A DNA stretch of 64,000 nt from Sedimentisphaerales bacterium (GCA_030611315.1 JAUWPZ010000001.1:8640-72639), one strand, 5' to 3'. Counted from the first letter of the stretch, positions 13,934-24,551 are shown. Notes: generated by a model not told the origin, from the letters alone. Numbers and translations: made by a program.

Positions 13934-16693
13934 TCAACAAGCCGCCAGTTTTTCTTTCAAGATTTGTGCGGCTTTTGCCAGGGCATCGTCGATTTTTTCC
14001 GGTTTCTTTCCGCCGGCCTGGGCCATTTGCGCTCGCCCGCCGCCCCCGCCGTCAATGAGCGGCGCAACTGCCTTGACCACGTCGCTGGCCTTTATGCCCC
14101 TTTCCACCACGTCGTTGGTCATGCCCACCAAAAGCACGGCCTTGTCGCCGTCAGCAAAGCCCAAAACGATAGCGGCGGATTTCGCCTTCTTCTTGAGCAT
14201 ATCGACAGCCTCACGGGCCTGCTCGATGGAAGTCGGCGAAAGCGGGCCAACGATGATATGAGTTTCGCCGACCTTTTCGCAATCGGCAAGAAGCTGCTTT
14301 GCCTCTGCCATAACGTCAGAGCCGGACTGGCGCGAGGCCGACTTGAGCTCCTTAGAGAGCCTTTTATTTTCCTTCATCAGCCGGCCAATCCTCTCAACCA
14401 GCCCCTCGGAGGGGACCTTCAGCATCAATGAAAGCTCATCGATAATCACGCCGGTCTTTTCGAGATGTTCGGTAAGAGCCGAGCCGGTCAGAGCGGTAAT
14501 TCTGCGCACGCCGGTCGAAATGCTCTCTTCTCTGATTATTTTGAAGCCGCCGATAGAACCCAGTTTATCAACATGAGTACCACCACAAAACTCCAAAGAG
14601 ATTTGCGATTTGCGATTTGCGATTTGCGATTTTAATTCGTCAATCGGCAATTGGAAATCGTCAGCCGGCAATCCGATACCCACCACTCGAACCTCGCTTC
14701 CATACTTCTCACCGAACAACGCCATCGCGCCGAGCTTCTGGGCCTCTTCCCTCGGCATAATGCAGCAGGTTACCGGCAGGTCCTCGGCGATTTTTCCCCC
14801 GACCAAACTCTCAACCTTCTTTAGCTCCTCGGCGCTCGGCGCAGCCGGATAGGTAAAGTCAAACCTCAGATAATCCGGGCCGACGAAACTGCCCTGCTGA
14901 GCCACTGATTCGCCCAGCACCTTCTGCAGCGCCCACTGGAGCAGGTGTGTGGCGGTATGGTTCTTCCTTATCGCATCCCTGTCTTTGCTAACGAACGCTT
15001 CTACCGCCTCTTCGATACCGAACGAGCCTTCGGTAACTCGGCCCCTGTGAATTACGCAGTTGGCTATCTTTGCAGCGCTCTCAACGACAAACTGCCCCTT
15101 ATCCGATTTTATCAGGCCGCAATCACCAACCTGGCCTCCAGCTTCGGCATAAAAGCAGGTTCTCTCAAGGACAAGACCGACCTCGGCGCCGCAGTCGATT
15201 CGCCCCTGCTTTTTGAAACCCTCGTCATCAATCCAGCCGAGGACCTTAGCCTCGCAGCTATCGGTATGATATTTATGCACATCTTCAGTTTCCGGCAGCT
15301 CGGTATCAGCCAATGTCGCCACAAGTGAACTGCTTTTTTGCGCCGCCCTTGCCCGCTGCCGCTGTGCTTCCATCAACTCGTCAAATTTAGCCGTATCGAC
15401 TTTCAGCCCGCGTTCGGCGGCCATGAGCTCGGTCAAGTCAAGCGGAAATCCGTACGTATCATAAAGCTGAAAGGCATCTTCGCCGTTGATGGTCTTGTTG
15501 TCGGCCTTGGCCGCTCGCCCGGCGGCGGAGGCGAATATCTCAATGCCCCTGTCGAGCGTTCTGCCGAAGCTGGCCTCCTCCGATTCGATTACAGTCGAAA
15601 CGTAGTCGGCCCTTTGTCTTATCTCGCCGAACGCATCACCCAGACAGCCAACGACCACCGGCACAAGTTTATAGAGAAACGGCTCGTGCATCCCCAGCTC
15701 CCTGCCGAACCTCGAAGCCCTACGGAGTATTCGACGAATCACATATCCCCGGCCCTCATTAGAGGGCGCCGCCCCGTCGGTTATCGCAAAGGTAAGCGAG
15801 CGAATATGGTCGGATATCACCCGAAAGGCGTTATCGGTTTTGTTGCCTAATTGCGATGTGTACTCGTGGCCGGTGATACTCCCGATAGAATCGATTATCG
15901 GCATGAATAAATCGGTATCGTAGTTGCTCGGTTTGGCCTGCGTCACGGCAACGATTCTTTCCAGGCCCGCACCGGTGTCAACATATTTGGCGCCAAGCGG
16001 CACAAGCTCGCCGTCGCCTTGACGATTGAACTCTATAAAAACAAGGTTCCACAGCTCAATGTACCTCGCACAACCACTATTGACCCGGCATACATGGCCC
16101 GCAACATCCTTCATATCACACATATCAGGCCCCAGGTCGATATGTATTTCACTGCAGGGCCCACAGGGACCAACCTGGCCCATCTCCCAGAAATTATCTT
16201 TTTTACCGAAAGCCAGAACCCTCTCGGCAGGCAGCGACGTAACTTTTGGCCATAGCGCGGCGGCCTCGCTGTCTCGAGGCAGGCCGTCGGCTTCGTCGCC
16301 CGCAAAAACACTCGCCCACAGGCGGTCCGGGTCGATACCCCAGACCTCGGTAAGCAGTTCCCACGCCCACCGGATTGCCTCGGCCTTGAAGTAATCATCG
16401 AACGACCAGTTGCCGAGCATCTCGAAAAACGTGTGGTGATAAGTGTCCTTGCCCACTTCCTCGAGGTCGTTGTGCTTGCCGCTTACCCGCAGGCATTTCT
16501 GGCTGTTGGCTACCCTGCGATGCTCCGGGGGCGCCAGACCCAGGAAAATATCCTTGAACTGATTCATTCCGGCATTGGCAAAAAGCAGCGTCTCGTCGTC
16601 GATGGGCACAATGGGCGAGCTGGGGACAAACACGTGGCCTTTGCCCTTGAAAAAATCTATAAAGTCGCTTCTGACTTGCTTTGCACTTCTCAT
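13934..16693 (-). CDS. alaS: Alanine--tRNA ligase
   Basis: The 919-aa protein has RSDFIDFF...HVFVPSSP at the N-terminus, an editing-domain HTATHLL...CGGTHV, and a C-terminal DHHA1-like GGGGGRAQMAQAGG. Confidence 0.95.
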   Translation of the reverse strand: MRSAKQVRSDFIDFFKGKGHVFVPSSPIVPIDDETLLFANAGMNQFKDIFLGLAPPEHRRVANSQKCLRVSGKHNDLEEVGKDTYHHTFFEMLGNWSFDDYFKAEAIRWAWELLTEVWGIDPDRLWASVFAGDEADGLPRDSEAAALWPKVTSLPAERVLAFGKKDNFWEMGQVGPCGPCSEIHIDLGPDMCDMKDVAGHVCRVNSGCARYIELWNLVFIEFNRQGDGELVPLGAKYVDTGAGLERIVAVTQAKPSNYDTDLFMPIIDSIGSITGHEYTSQLGNKTDNAFRVISDHIRSLTFAITDGAAPSNEGRGYVIRRILRRASRFGRELGMHEPFLYKLVPVVVGCLGDAFGEIRQRADYVSTVIESEEASFGRTLDRGIEIFASAAGRAAKADNKTINGEDAFQLYDTYGFPLDLTELMAAERGLKVDTAKFDELMEAQRQRARAAQKSSSLVATLADTELPETEDVHKYHTDSCEAKVLGWIDDEGFKKQGRIDCGAEVGLVLERTCFYAEAGGQVGDCGLIKSDKGQFVVESAAKIANCVIHRGRVTEGSFGIEEAVEAFVSKDRDAIRKNHTATHLLQWALQKVLGESVAQQGSFVGPDYLRFDFTYPAAPSAEELKKVESLVGGKIAEDLPVTCCIMPREEAQKLGAMALFGEKYGSEVRVVGIGLPADDFQLPIDELKSQIANRKSQISLEFCGGTHVDKLGSIGGFKIIREESISTGVRRITALTGSALTEHLEKTGVIIDELSLMLKVPSEGLVERIGRLMKENKRLSKELKSASRQSGSDVMAEAKQLLADCEKVGETHIIVGPLSPTSIEQAREAVDMLKKKAKSAAIVLGFADGDKAVLLVGMTNDVVERGIKASDVVKAVAPLIDGGGGGRAQMAQAGGKKPEKIDDALAKAAQILKEKLAAC
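14598..14625. repeat. Four tandem heptamers GATTTGC inside alaS
   Basis: On the coding strand the sequence reads AAATCGC x4 and is translated as KSQIANRKSQI. Confidence 0.9.
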
Positions 16694-16761
16694 CGGCGTA
16701 TCTCATACCTCGTACTTAGAAACTGTAACAAAATGAGTTTTCAGTTTGCCCGATAATTCTG

Positions 16762-16804
16762 GATTCCCGCTACCCGCTTTCGCGGGCACAAGCTTCGCGG
16801 GAAT
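16762..16804. repeat. Nested hairpin repeat (ATTCCCGC ... GCGGGAAT type)
   Basis: GATTCCCGCTACCCGCTTTCGCGGGCACAAGCTTCGCGGGAATG lies between the recA stop and the alaS start. It shares ATTCCCGCG and GGCACAAG words with the three-copy element. Confidence 0.65.
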
Positions 16805-16858
16805 GACAGAGAACACACCTTTTTTCTTTCAGATGCTCTTAGTAATTCGCTTGCCGAT

Positions 16859-17905
16859 TCACACAAGGCCCTTGGCAACAAGGATTTTGTTTTTCAGTTC
16901 CCCGCACAAATCCGCATTATCAGCAAGATATTTCTTGGCGATTTCTCTGCCCTGGCCAAGCCGAATATCACCGTAGTTCAGCCAGGCGCCGCTTTTCTGG
17001 ACCACTTCGCAGCCAACAGCCAGGTCGAGCAAATCGCCCTCGTAGCTGATTCCGCTGTCGAACATAATATCGAACTCGGCGTCACGGAAAGGCGGCGCTA
17101 TTTTATTCTTCACCACCCTGGCGCGGACCCTTGAGCCGACGGCGCCGCTGCTGTCCTTTATCGTTGTTATCCGCCGCAGGTCGATTCGGACGGAAGTGTA
17201 AAACTTCAACGCCCTTCCGCCGGTCGTGGTCTCCGGGTTGCCGAACATCACGCCTATCTTCATACGAATTTGATTGATAAACACAAGGGCGGTTCTGCTC
17301 TTGCCAATGACGGCGGTAAGCTTTCTCATCGCCTGGCTCATTAATCTCGCCTGCAAGCCCATGTGGCTGGCGCCCATCTCGCCTTCAATCTCGGCCCTCG
17401 GCGTCAAAGCGGCCACCGAGTCAATAACTATGATGTCCAGCGAATTGGAGCTTATCAGCATCTCGGTAATTTCCAGCGCCTGCTCGCCGGTATCAGGCTG
17501 ACTGACCAGCAGGCTGCCGACATCGACGCCCAGCTTTTTGGCCCAGGTCGTATCAAGGGCATGCTCGGCATCGATAAACGCCGCTACGCCGCCGGCGCGC
17601 TGCGCGTTGGCAATTACATGAAGCGCAAGCGTGGTCTTACCCGACGACTCAGGCCCGAATAACTCGGTTACCCTGCCGCGGGGGATGCCGGGCCCGCCGA
17701 GAGCTATATCAAGCGACAATGAGCCGGTGTTGATGCCCTCAATTCTGGCGTACTTATGCTCGTCCATCTGCATTATTGAGCCCTGGCCGTATTGCTTCTC
17801 TATCTGAGCAATCACACGCTGAAGGGCGGTTTCTTTGCCGGTCTCCCGGGGCTTCAAACGCTCTATTTTGTGTTTGCTTGTTTGGGACGTCTTTGTCTTT
17901 TGCAT
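16859..17905 (-). CDS. recA: Recombinase RecA
   Basis: It has the [12 protein letters not shown] Walker A motif and the canonical RecA core. Confidence 0.97.
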   Translation of the reverse strand: MQKTKTSQTSKHKIERLKPRETGKETALQRVIAQIEKQYGQGSIMQMDEHKYARIEGINTGSLSLDIALGGPGIPRGRVTELFGPESSGKTTLALHVIANAQRAGGVAAFIDAEHALDTTWAKKLGVDVGSLLVSQPDTGEQALEITEMLISSNSLDIIVIDSVAALTPRAEIEGEMGASHMGLQARLMSQAMRKLTAVIGKSRTALVFINQIRMKIGVMFGNPETTTGGRALKFYTSVRIDLRRITTIKDSSGAVGSRVRARVVKNKIAPPFRDAEFDIMFDSGISYEGDLLDLAVGCEVVQKSGAWLNYGDIRLGQGREIAKKYLADNADLCGELKNKILVAKGLV

Positions 17906-17975
17906 TTTTACAACCTCCTGTGTTTCGAATCAGTTTTCATTTCTGTTTTGCATTTTTATTTTTAAACCTTCAGCT

Positions 17976-18542
17976 CTATTGTAGTTTATAATCGCCTAAT
18001 ACGGTATATATCAGCCCTTTCGGCGTCAACTCGCTTTGATAAACGCAGAGCGAATCAGCGGACATCGTGCCGAGCTTGAAATCCCTGTATGCCTCGGTCA
18101 TTTGCGCGAGCTCAAAGCCCGCTCGGGAGTTTCTCACCCTGCAAAGTGTCAGATGTCCCGAGAACTTCCTGTTTTCCTTCGGCCAGCCCGCCGAGGCCAG
18201 TGCCTGCTCAAGGTCCTGCTGCAGCCTTAACAGCTCATCGCTGTCGCCCCCGGCGCCGACCCACAGGACCCTTGCGCTTTTGCCGCCGAAATAGCCGACC
18301 GTTCCCACCTCCAGCTCGAAGTTTTCATATCTACCGGCCACGTCGGCGACGATGCTGCACACATCGACAACCTGCTCGTCCTTTATCTCGCCGAGAAATT
18401 TCAAAGTCAAATGACATACAAGCGGGTTCACCCATTTTGCATCGCTTTTTTTGATATCCACCTTGCTCTGCATCTCTCTTTGCAAATCGGCCAAGCCCTT
18501 TCTAATCTGCTCGTCAATATCTATCGCTATAAATACTCGCAT
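17976..18542 (-). CDS. thpR: RNA 2',3'-cyclic phosphodiesterase (2H phosphoesterase)
   Basis: Two HxTx motifs are present (HLTLKF, HLTLCR). The protein is 188 aa. Confidence 0.8.
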   Translation of the reverse strand: MRVFIAIDIDEQIRKGLADLQREMQSKVDIKKSDAKWVNPLVCHLTLKFLGEIKDEQVVDVCSIVADVAGRYENFELEVGTVGYFGGKSARVLWVGAGGDSDELLRLQQDLEQALASAGWPKENRKFSGHLTLCRVRNSRAGFELAQMTEAYRDFKLGTMSADSLCVYQSELTPKGLIYTVLGDYKLQ

Positions 18543-18555
18543 TTATGCCCGCCGA

Positions 18556-19461
18556 TTAAAAATTTGTCAGTTTTCGCAGGTCTTCAAATCTGCCGTCGAT
18601 ATCGCTTTTGTTTATTGCGCTCAAGCCCTGTAATGAAAAATCAGCAATCGTAAATGACGCTACTACGGTGCCGTACGCAACGGCCGTCTTTAACGTCTCG
18701 AAGTCGGTCCTTTCCTGCTGTGCCAGATAGCCCATAAAGCCGCCGGCAAAGCTGTCGCCGGCCCCGGTCGGGTCTTTCACCTCGGTCGCAGGATAGGCGG
18801 GAAGAATAAACTGCTTGCCATCGGCACCGCACAGCAGCGAACCCGATTCACCCTTCTTGATAACCACAATCGGCGCGCCCATAGCCTGAATCTTCCGGCC
18901 GGCCAGTATCAGGTTGTACTCATCGGCGAGCATCCTCACCTCATCCTCGTTGATTATCAGGCAGTTAATCTTTTTCAGAAGCGCCTTCAAGTCGTCTGTA
19001 TGGCCCTGTATCCAGCAGTTCATCGTATCTGCGGCGACAAATCTCGGCTCCCGGATTTGCTCGAGTAACTGATGCTGAAGCGCCGGTGCGGTATTGGCAA
19101 GAAACACGTACCTGCTGTCGGCGAACACCTCGGGCACCTTCGGCGGCTCTTCCGCCAGAACGTTCAATTCCACACTGTCCGTCGTCCTGTCATCCATATT
19201 CTCGCTGTATGTCCCGGCCCAGCGAAAGGTCCTGCTCTGCCGCCTTACCTCCAGCCCCGCCAAGTCAACGCCCCTGCCTACAAAGACCCGGGCCAACTCA
19301 AACGGGCAATCCGAGCCGATAACGCCCACAAACCTCACAGGCCCGAAAAAGCTCGCCGCCATACTGAAATACACAGCCGAGCCGCCCAGACAATCCTCGC
19401 TGAGACCGTAAGGCGTCCTGACAGTATCAATTCCTATCGAACCGGTTACCAATAACGACAC
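18556..19461 (-). CDS. PfkB-family carbohydrate kinase
   Basis: It has a DPTGAGDSFAGGF motif. The likely start is GTG 19461, 7 nt after GGAGG. The ORF-track TTG at 19500 would overlap gltX. Confidence 0.75.
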   Translation of the reverse strand: MSLLVTGSIGIDTVRTPYGLSEDCLGGSAVYFSMAASFFGPVRFVGVIGSDCPFELARVFVGRGVDLAGLEVRRQSRTFRWAGTYSENMDDRTTDSVELNVLAEEPPKVPEVFADSRYVFLANTAPALQHQLLEQIREPRFVAADTMNCWIQGHTDDLKALLKKINCLIINEDEVRMLADEYNLILAGRKIQAMGAPIVVIKKGESGSLLCGADGKQFILPAYPATEVKDPTGAGDSFAGGFMGYLAQQERTDFETLKTAVAYGTVVASFTIADFSLQGLSAINKSDIDGRFEDLRKLTNF

Positions 19462-19474
19462 TAACAAACCTCCT

Positions 19475-21124
19475 CTATATTTGAGCCTTTCCTTTGACAA
19501 ATTCCACTGTCCAGTCGATCCTCGCCAACGTTTTTTCTTTGCCTAACATTTCCACGGAATCAAATATCGGTGCACTGATGGTACTACCGCAAATCGCGAC
19601 ACGCAGCGGCTGGGCGACCTTGCCCAAACCCACCTGTTTTTCCTCGGCCAAGGAACGCAGTATCGTTTCGATACGCCCGTGAGTGAAATCGTCCGTTACA
19701 GCAAACTTCTCGCGCACCTCAACCAGGACGGCCAGGCCGTCATTTTTCAAAAGAACCTTTTCGACAGCCTTGTCATCATACTCAATTTCATCCCTTTTCA
19801 AAAAGAGAAATCTGCTCTTTCGCTCGATATCAGCCAGCGTCCGGGCACCTTCACAAATTTTAATCAATCTTGAAAGAAGCTCATCGTCGGCTGCAAGCAC
19901 GGGAGAACCAATCAGCTTCAAGTAATCCTTAAAATGCTGAATCAGTTTTTCCGGTGAGGCCATCCTGATGTGCTCGGTATTAAAGGCCAGCAGTTTTTTG
20001 CGGTCGAACAAACTGTTGGATTTGGTCAAACGCGAAAGGTCAAAAGACTCGAGCAGTTGTTCAACCGTCATAATCTCGCGGTCATCCCCCGGGTTCCAGC
20101 CAAGCAGAGCAAGGAAGTTGACGACCGCTTCGGGCAGATAGCCGCTCTTGAAGAAATCCACGATATTGATTTCCGGCAGTTGAACACCGAGAAATTCGGC
20201 CATCGCGTCGATGCTCACCATATCGGGCGTTGTCTTGCCACTTATGAAATCGGCGAACTCTTCGGCGCTGATGTTCCCAATCCCGGCAAGGGCCTCGGCG
20301 CTTATGTCCTGCATAGCCTTGATGGCATTTCGCATGGCCTTCGGCCGCTCGCGCTTGGAGAGCTTTCCGCCGGTGTCGCTGACGGTAACGGACATGTGCG
20401 CGTATTTCGGCGGCGGGGCATCGGCAAACAATGCCCGCCAGAGCGCCTGCTGGCCCGGCGTGTTCATCAGGTGCTCCTGGCCGCGTATGACGTGCGTAAT
20501 CCGCATCAAAAAGTCATCCACCACACACGCGAAGTTATAAGTCGGAAAGCCGTCGCTTTTTTGAATAATAAAATCGCCTATCTCGCCGGGCGCAAAAGTG
20601 ATAACGCCGCGGACCACGTCCCGGACCACCAGCGGCTCGCTGCGAGGAACGGCAAAACGGACCGTAACCGACCTGCCCTCGGCGCGGGCCTTGGCGGCGT
20701 CCGATTCGTCGGGGAACTGCTCCGGCCGGGGATACGCAAAGCCCTTCTTCTCGGCCTCGGCCCGCCTGCGAAGCGCATCGAGCTGCTCGGGCGTATCGAA
20801 GCAATAGTAGGTCTTTTGCTCATCGAGCAGCTTTCGTACGTACCTGTCGTAGATATCCCGGCGCTGCGATTGCAGATAGGGGCCGCTCGGCCCGCCAACC
20901 TCCGGGCCCTCGTCCCACTCTATCCCGAGCCACCGCAAATCGTCCATCACCTGCTGCATGGCCGTGGGGGTATTGCGCTTCTGGTCGGTATCTTCGATTC
21001 GCAGAATAAATACGCCGCCGGCCCTCCGGGCCAGGAGCCAGTTAAAAAGGGCCGTCCGAGCCCCACCAACGTGCAAATAACCCGTCGGAGACGGCGCAAA
21101 ACGCGTTACTACCTGTTCAGACAT
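19475..21124 (-). CDS. gltX: Glutamate--tRNA ligase
   Basis: It has RFAPSPTGYLHVGGARTAL (HIGH) and KLSKR motifs. Confidence 0.93.
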   Translation of the reverse strand: MSEQVVTRFAPSPTGYLHVGGARTALFNWLLARRAGGVFILRIEDTDQKRNTPTAMQQVMDDLRWLGIEWDEGPEVGGPSGPYLQSQRRDIYDRYVRKLLDEQKTYYCFDTPEQLDALRRRAEAEKKGFAYPRPEQFPDESDAAKARAEGRSVTVRFAVPRSEPLVVRDVVRGVITFAPGEIGDFIIQKSDGFPTYNFACVVDDFLMRITHVIRGQEHLMNTPGQQALWRALFADAPPPKYAHMSVTVSDTGGKLSKRERPKAMRNAIKAMQDISAEALAGIGNISAEEFADFISGKTTPDMVSIDAMAEFLGVQLPEINIVDFFKSGYLPEAVVNFLALLGWNPGDDREIMTVEQLLESFDLSRLTKSNSLFDRKKLLAFNTEHIRMASPEKLIQHFKDYLKLIGSPVLAADDELLSRLIKICEGARTLADIERKSRFLFLKRDEIEYDDKAVEKVLLKNDGLAVLVEVREKFAVTDDFTHGRIETILRSLAEEKQVGLGKVAQPLRVAICGSTISAPIFDSVEMLGKEKTLARIDWTVEFVKGKAQI

Positions 21125-21324
21125 AGCTTACGATTCCCCAACAGCCGTAAGATTTCCCAAAAATCACAGGTTAAGCTATCATAAGACCATTGTCAAGCCC
21201 CAGATTGGTCGTTGACGCATTTGCATCTGGTCAACAGACAAGTCGACGAATTTCCTGCTGTCAATTTTGTAGAGTATAGCTATAATGGCGCTAGAATGCA
21301 GCGTTGGTACTCAGGAGAATTATT

Positions 21325-21618
21325 GTGAACAAACAAGCGGTCCTAACACGTCTTAAGGGCAGTATCGAGGAAATCCGGCGGCGTTTTGGCGTCAGGACCC
21401 TCGCAGTATTTGGGTCGATTGCTCGCGATGAGGCGGCCGACAACAGCGATGTGGATGTGCTGGTTGTATTTAATCAAAGGGCCACTTTCGATATATATAT
21501 GGACTTGAAATTCTACTTGGAGGAGCTGCTTGGCATGTCAGTTGACCTTGTAACCGATAAGGCGCTTCGCCCACAAGTTAGACAGGCAATTGAACAGGAA
21601 CTTATTAATGTCGCGTAA
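21325..21618 (+). CDS. mntA: MNT-type nucleotidyltransferase antitoxin
   Basis: It has a [18 protein letters not shown] (GS...DxD) motif. It starts at a GTG after AGGAGA. Confidence 0.8.
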   Translation: MNKQAVLTRLKGSIEEIRRRFGVRTLAVFGSIARDEAADNSDVDVLVVFNQRATFDIYMDLKFYLEELLGMSVDLVTDKALRPQVRQAIEQELINVA

Positions 21619-21949
21619 TGAGACAATGTATTTACAGGATATCACCGGGTGCTGCGAAAAGATTTTGCGGTTCACTCAGGGTCTCAGCCAGTCCGATTTG
21701 ATACAGGACGAAAAAACCCATGATGCAGTCGTTCGCAATCTTGAGATTATAGGCGAAGCTGCCAAGCATATTTCCGATGAGCTCAGAGTCCAACTGCCGG
21801 ACGTCGAATGGCGAAAAACCGCGGGAATGAGAGACATGCTCGCTCACGCCTATTTCGGAATTGACAATGATATTTTGTGGGATGTTGTGCAAAACAAAAT
21901 CCCGCAATTAGGCAAATCAATAAGTGTGTTTCTCAACAAATCAAGGTAG
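21608..21949 (+). CDS. hepT: HEPN (DUF86) toxin
   Basis: It carries the R-x4-H motif RDMLAHAYF. The ATG overlaps the MNT stop by 11 nt. Confidence 0.8.
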   Translation: MSRNETMYLQDITGCCEKILRFTQGLSQSDLIQDEKTHDAVVRNLEIIGEAAKHISDELRVQLPDVEWRKTAGMRDMLAHAYFGIDNDILWDVVQNKIPQLGKSISVFLNKSR

Positions 21950-21957
21950 AAGAAAAA

Positions 21958-23679
21958 GTGCCAAACACCGAACAGGATGACAGCAACAAGCAAAACACTG
22001 ATAATACCCGGCTTGATTTTGTTCGCCAGATTGTAGCGGAAGATTTGAAGGCCGGCAAATGGGACGGGCGGGTCGTTACGCGCTTTCCGCCCGAGCCAAA
22101 CGGCTATCTGCATATTGGACACGCTAAGAGTATCTGCCTTAACTTCGGCATCGCAGCCGAATTCGGCGGACAATGCCACCTGAGATTCGACGACACCAAT
22201 CCGGAAAAAGAGGAGCAGGAATACGTCAACTCCATCATCGAGGACGTTCGCTGGCTTGGCTGGGACTGGAATGAACATTTGTATTACGGCTCGGACTACT
22301 TCAAGCAGATGTACGAGTACGCCGTGCAGCTCATCAAAAAGGCCAAGGCCTACGTCTGCGACCTGACGGCCGAGCAGACAAGAGAGTATCGCGGCACCCT
22401 CACCGAGCCGGGAAAGAACAGCCCTTATCGCAGCCGCTCCATCGAGGAAAATCTCGACCTATTCGAGCGGATGCGGGCGGGCGAATTCCCCGACGGCTCG
22501 CGGACCCTGCGGGCGAAAATCGATATGTTACACCCCAACCTGAATATGCGCGACCCTGTTATGTACCGCATCCTCCACGCGGCCCATCACCGCACGGGCG
22601 ATAAGTGGTGCATCTACCCGATGTACGACTGGGCGCACGGGCTCGAAGACTCCGTCGAAAAGATTACCCACTCGATATGCACGCTCGAATTTGAAAATCA
22701 TCGGCCGTTGTACGACTGGTTCCTCGACGAACTGGACGTCTATCACCCCCGGCAGATTGAATTCGCACGACTTAATCTGACCTACACCGTGATGAGCAAG
22801 CGCAAGCTCCTGCAGCTCGTACAGGCCGGCCACGTCAACGGCTGGGACGACCCGCGGATGCCGACCATAGGCGGCCTTCGCAGACGAGGCTATTCGCCGC
22901 AGGCCATCCGGGAATTCTGCAAACGCATCAGCGTGAACAAGTTCAACAGCACCGTCGATATCGCACTGCTCGAGCACTGCCTCCGGGAAGACCTCAACAA
23001 GACCTCCCCACGCGTGATGGCCGTGCTTAGGCCCCTCAAAGTCATCATCGACAACTTCCCCGAAGGCCACGTCGAACAGCTCGACGCCGTTAATAATCCG
23101 GAAGACCCCGCCGCCGGCACGCGAAAGGCTCCCTTCTCGCGGGAGCTGTATATCGAGCGGGAAGATTTTATGGAGGACCCGCCGAAGAAGTTCTACCGCC
23201 TGGCACCCGGACGTGAGGTTCGGCTGCGATATGCGTATTTCGTTACGTGCAGAGACGTGGTCAAGGACAAAGACGGCCAAATAATCGAGCTGCATTGCAC
23301 GTATGACCCGGCCACGCGGGGCGGGGACGCTCCGGACGGACGCAAGGTCAAGGCAACACTGCACTGGGTTTCAGCCGCGCACGCCCTCGAAGCCGAGGTG
23401 CGATTGTATGATAACCTCTTTAACAGGGAGAATCCCGACAATGTGCCCGAAGGCGCCGACTTCAAATCCAACCTGAAGGCAAACTCGCTGGAAACGCTCA
23501 CCTCCTGCCGAGTCGAACCGTCCCTTGCCGGCGCCGAAGCGTCAAGTCGATACCAGTTCGAGAGGCTCGGCTATTTCTGCGTCGATTCGGACAGCTCAAA
23601 AGACAAGCTCGTATTCAACCGGACCGTACCCCTGCGCGATACGTGGGCCAAAATCCAGAAAGCACAGAAGAAAAAATAG
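21958..23679 (+). CDS. glnS: Glutamine--tRNA ligase
   Basis: It has [18 protein letters not shown] and VMSKRKL motifs. The likely start is GTG 21958, just after the HEPN stop. Confidence 0.92.
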   Translation: MPNTEQDDSNKQNTDNTRLDFVRQIVAEDLKAGKWDGRVVTRFPPEPNGYLHIGHAKSICLNFGIAAEFGGQCHLRFDDTNPEKEEQEYVNSIIEDVRWLGWDWNEHLYYGSDYFKQMYEYAVQLIKKAKAYVCDLTAEQTREYRGTLTEPGKNSPYRSRSIEENLDLFERMRAGEFPDGSRTLRAKIDMLHPNLNMRDPVMYRILHAAHHRTGDKWCIYPMYDWAHGLEDSVEKITHSICTLEFENHRPLYDWFLDELDVYHPRQIEFARLNLTYTVMSKRKLLQLVQAGHVNGWDDPRMPTIGGLRRRGYSPQAIREFCKRISVNKFNSTVDIALLEHCLREDLNKTSPRVMAVLRPLKVIIDNFPEGHVEQLDAVNNPEDPAAGTRKAPFSRELYIEREDFMEDPPKKFYRLAPGREVRLRYAYFVTCRDVVKDKDGQIIELHCTYDPATRGGDAPDGRKVKATLHWVSAAHALEAEVRLYDNLFNRENPDNVPEGADFKSNLKANSLETLTSCRVEPSLAGAEASSRYQFERLGYFCVDSDSSKDKLVFNRTVPLRDTWAKIQKAQKKK

Positions 23680-23747
23680 GCGGATTTGATTTAACGCCGG
23701 CAATCCCCCATTGAGCCCGCATTAAAAATCACCCTCGGTGCAGATTA

Positions 23748-24551
23748 TCAGCCGAAGATTTCTTGGAATTTCTCTGCGATATCGGGGCTTTCGCAGAGCG
23801 ACTGGCCTATAAGGACCGCCTTTACCCCCGCGGCCTTCAGCTTCGCCACGTCGGCGCGCGATTTTATCCCGCTCTCGGCAACCAACTCGTTTGTATTTTC
23901 GACAAGCTCCGCCAATCGGCTGGTCGTATTCAAATCTACCTGCATCGTCGTCAGGTTGCGATTGTTGATTCCAAGAACGCTATATCCTTTTTTAGGAAAG
24001 CCAATCAGACTACGAACCCCTAAGAGCGTATCGGCCTGATGCACTTCCAGCAGAACCGTCAGCGTCAACTCGGCCGCCGCTATCATCATATCCATCAGCT
24101 CACCGGGCTTGACGGCCTCGGCAAGCAACAATATCGCATCGGCGCCGGCTGCACGGGATTCGTAAACCTGCCAGATATCAACGATAAAATCCTTTCGAAG
24201 GACGGGCAAATCAACCGCATCTCTTACCTGCTTGATGTATTCGAGCCGGCCCTGAAAATATTTCTCGTCGGTAACAACGCTGATGGCCTCGGCGCCGCAT
24301 CCGGCATACGTTTGCGCAATCGCCACAGCGTCAAAATCCTCACGAATGACCCCGGCCGACGGCGAGGCCTTCTTGACCTCCGCGATGACGTTTATGCCGC
24401 GCTCGCTCGGAGCCGTGACGGCCTTGTAGAAGTTGCGGCACTTGGGCATCGAGCGGACCTGTTCTTTCAACTGCTCAAGAGGCCTCCGCAACTGTCGAAG
24501 CCTTACTTCGACCCTTTTGTCGGCAATAATTTTATCTAATATATTCGCCAA
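23748..24551 (-). CDS. trpC: Indole-3-glycerol-phosphate synthase
   Basis: It has the IAEVKKASPSAGVI motif. The protein is 267 aa. Confidence 0.9.
   Translation of the reverse strand: MANILDKIIADKRVEVRLRQLRRPLEQLKEQVRSMPKCRNFYKAVTAPSERGINVIAEVKKASPSAGVIREDFDAVAIAQTYAGCGAEAISVVTDEKYFQGRLEYIKQVRDAVDLPVLRKDFIVDIWQVYESRAAGADAILLLAEAVKPGELMDMMIAAAELTLTVLLEVHQADTLLGVRSLIGFPKKGYSVLGINNRNLTTMQVDLNTTSRLAELVENTNELVAESGIKSRADVAKLKAAGVKAVLIGQSLCESPDIAEKFQEIFG

Noticed and set aside
19970-21184. 404-aa plus-strand ORF
   Set aside because: It is entirely antisense to the well-supported gltX. Its composition is Arg/Gly/Pro-rich and it has no recognisable motifs, so it is a shadow ORF.
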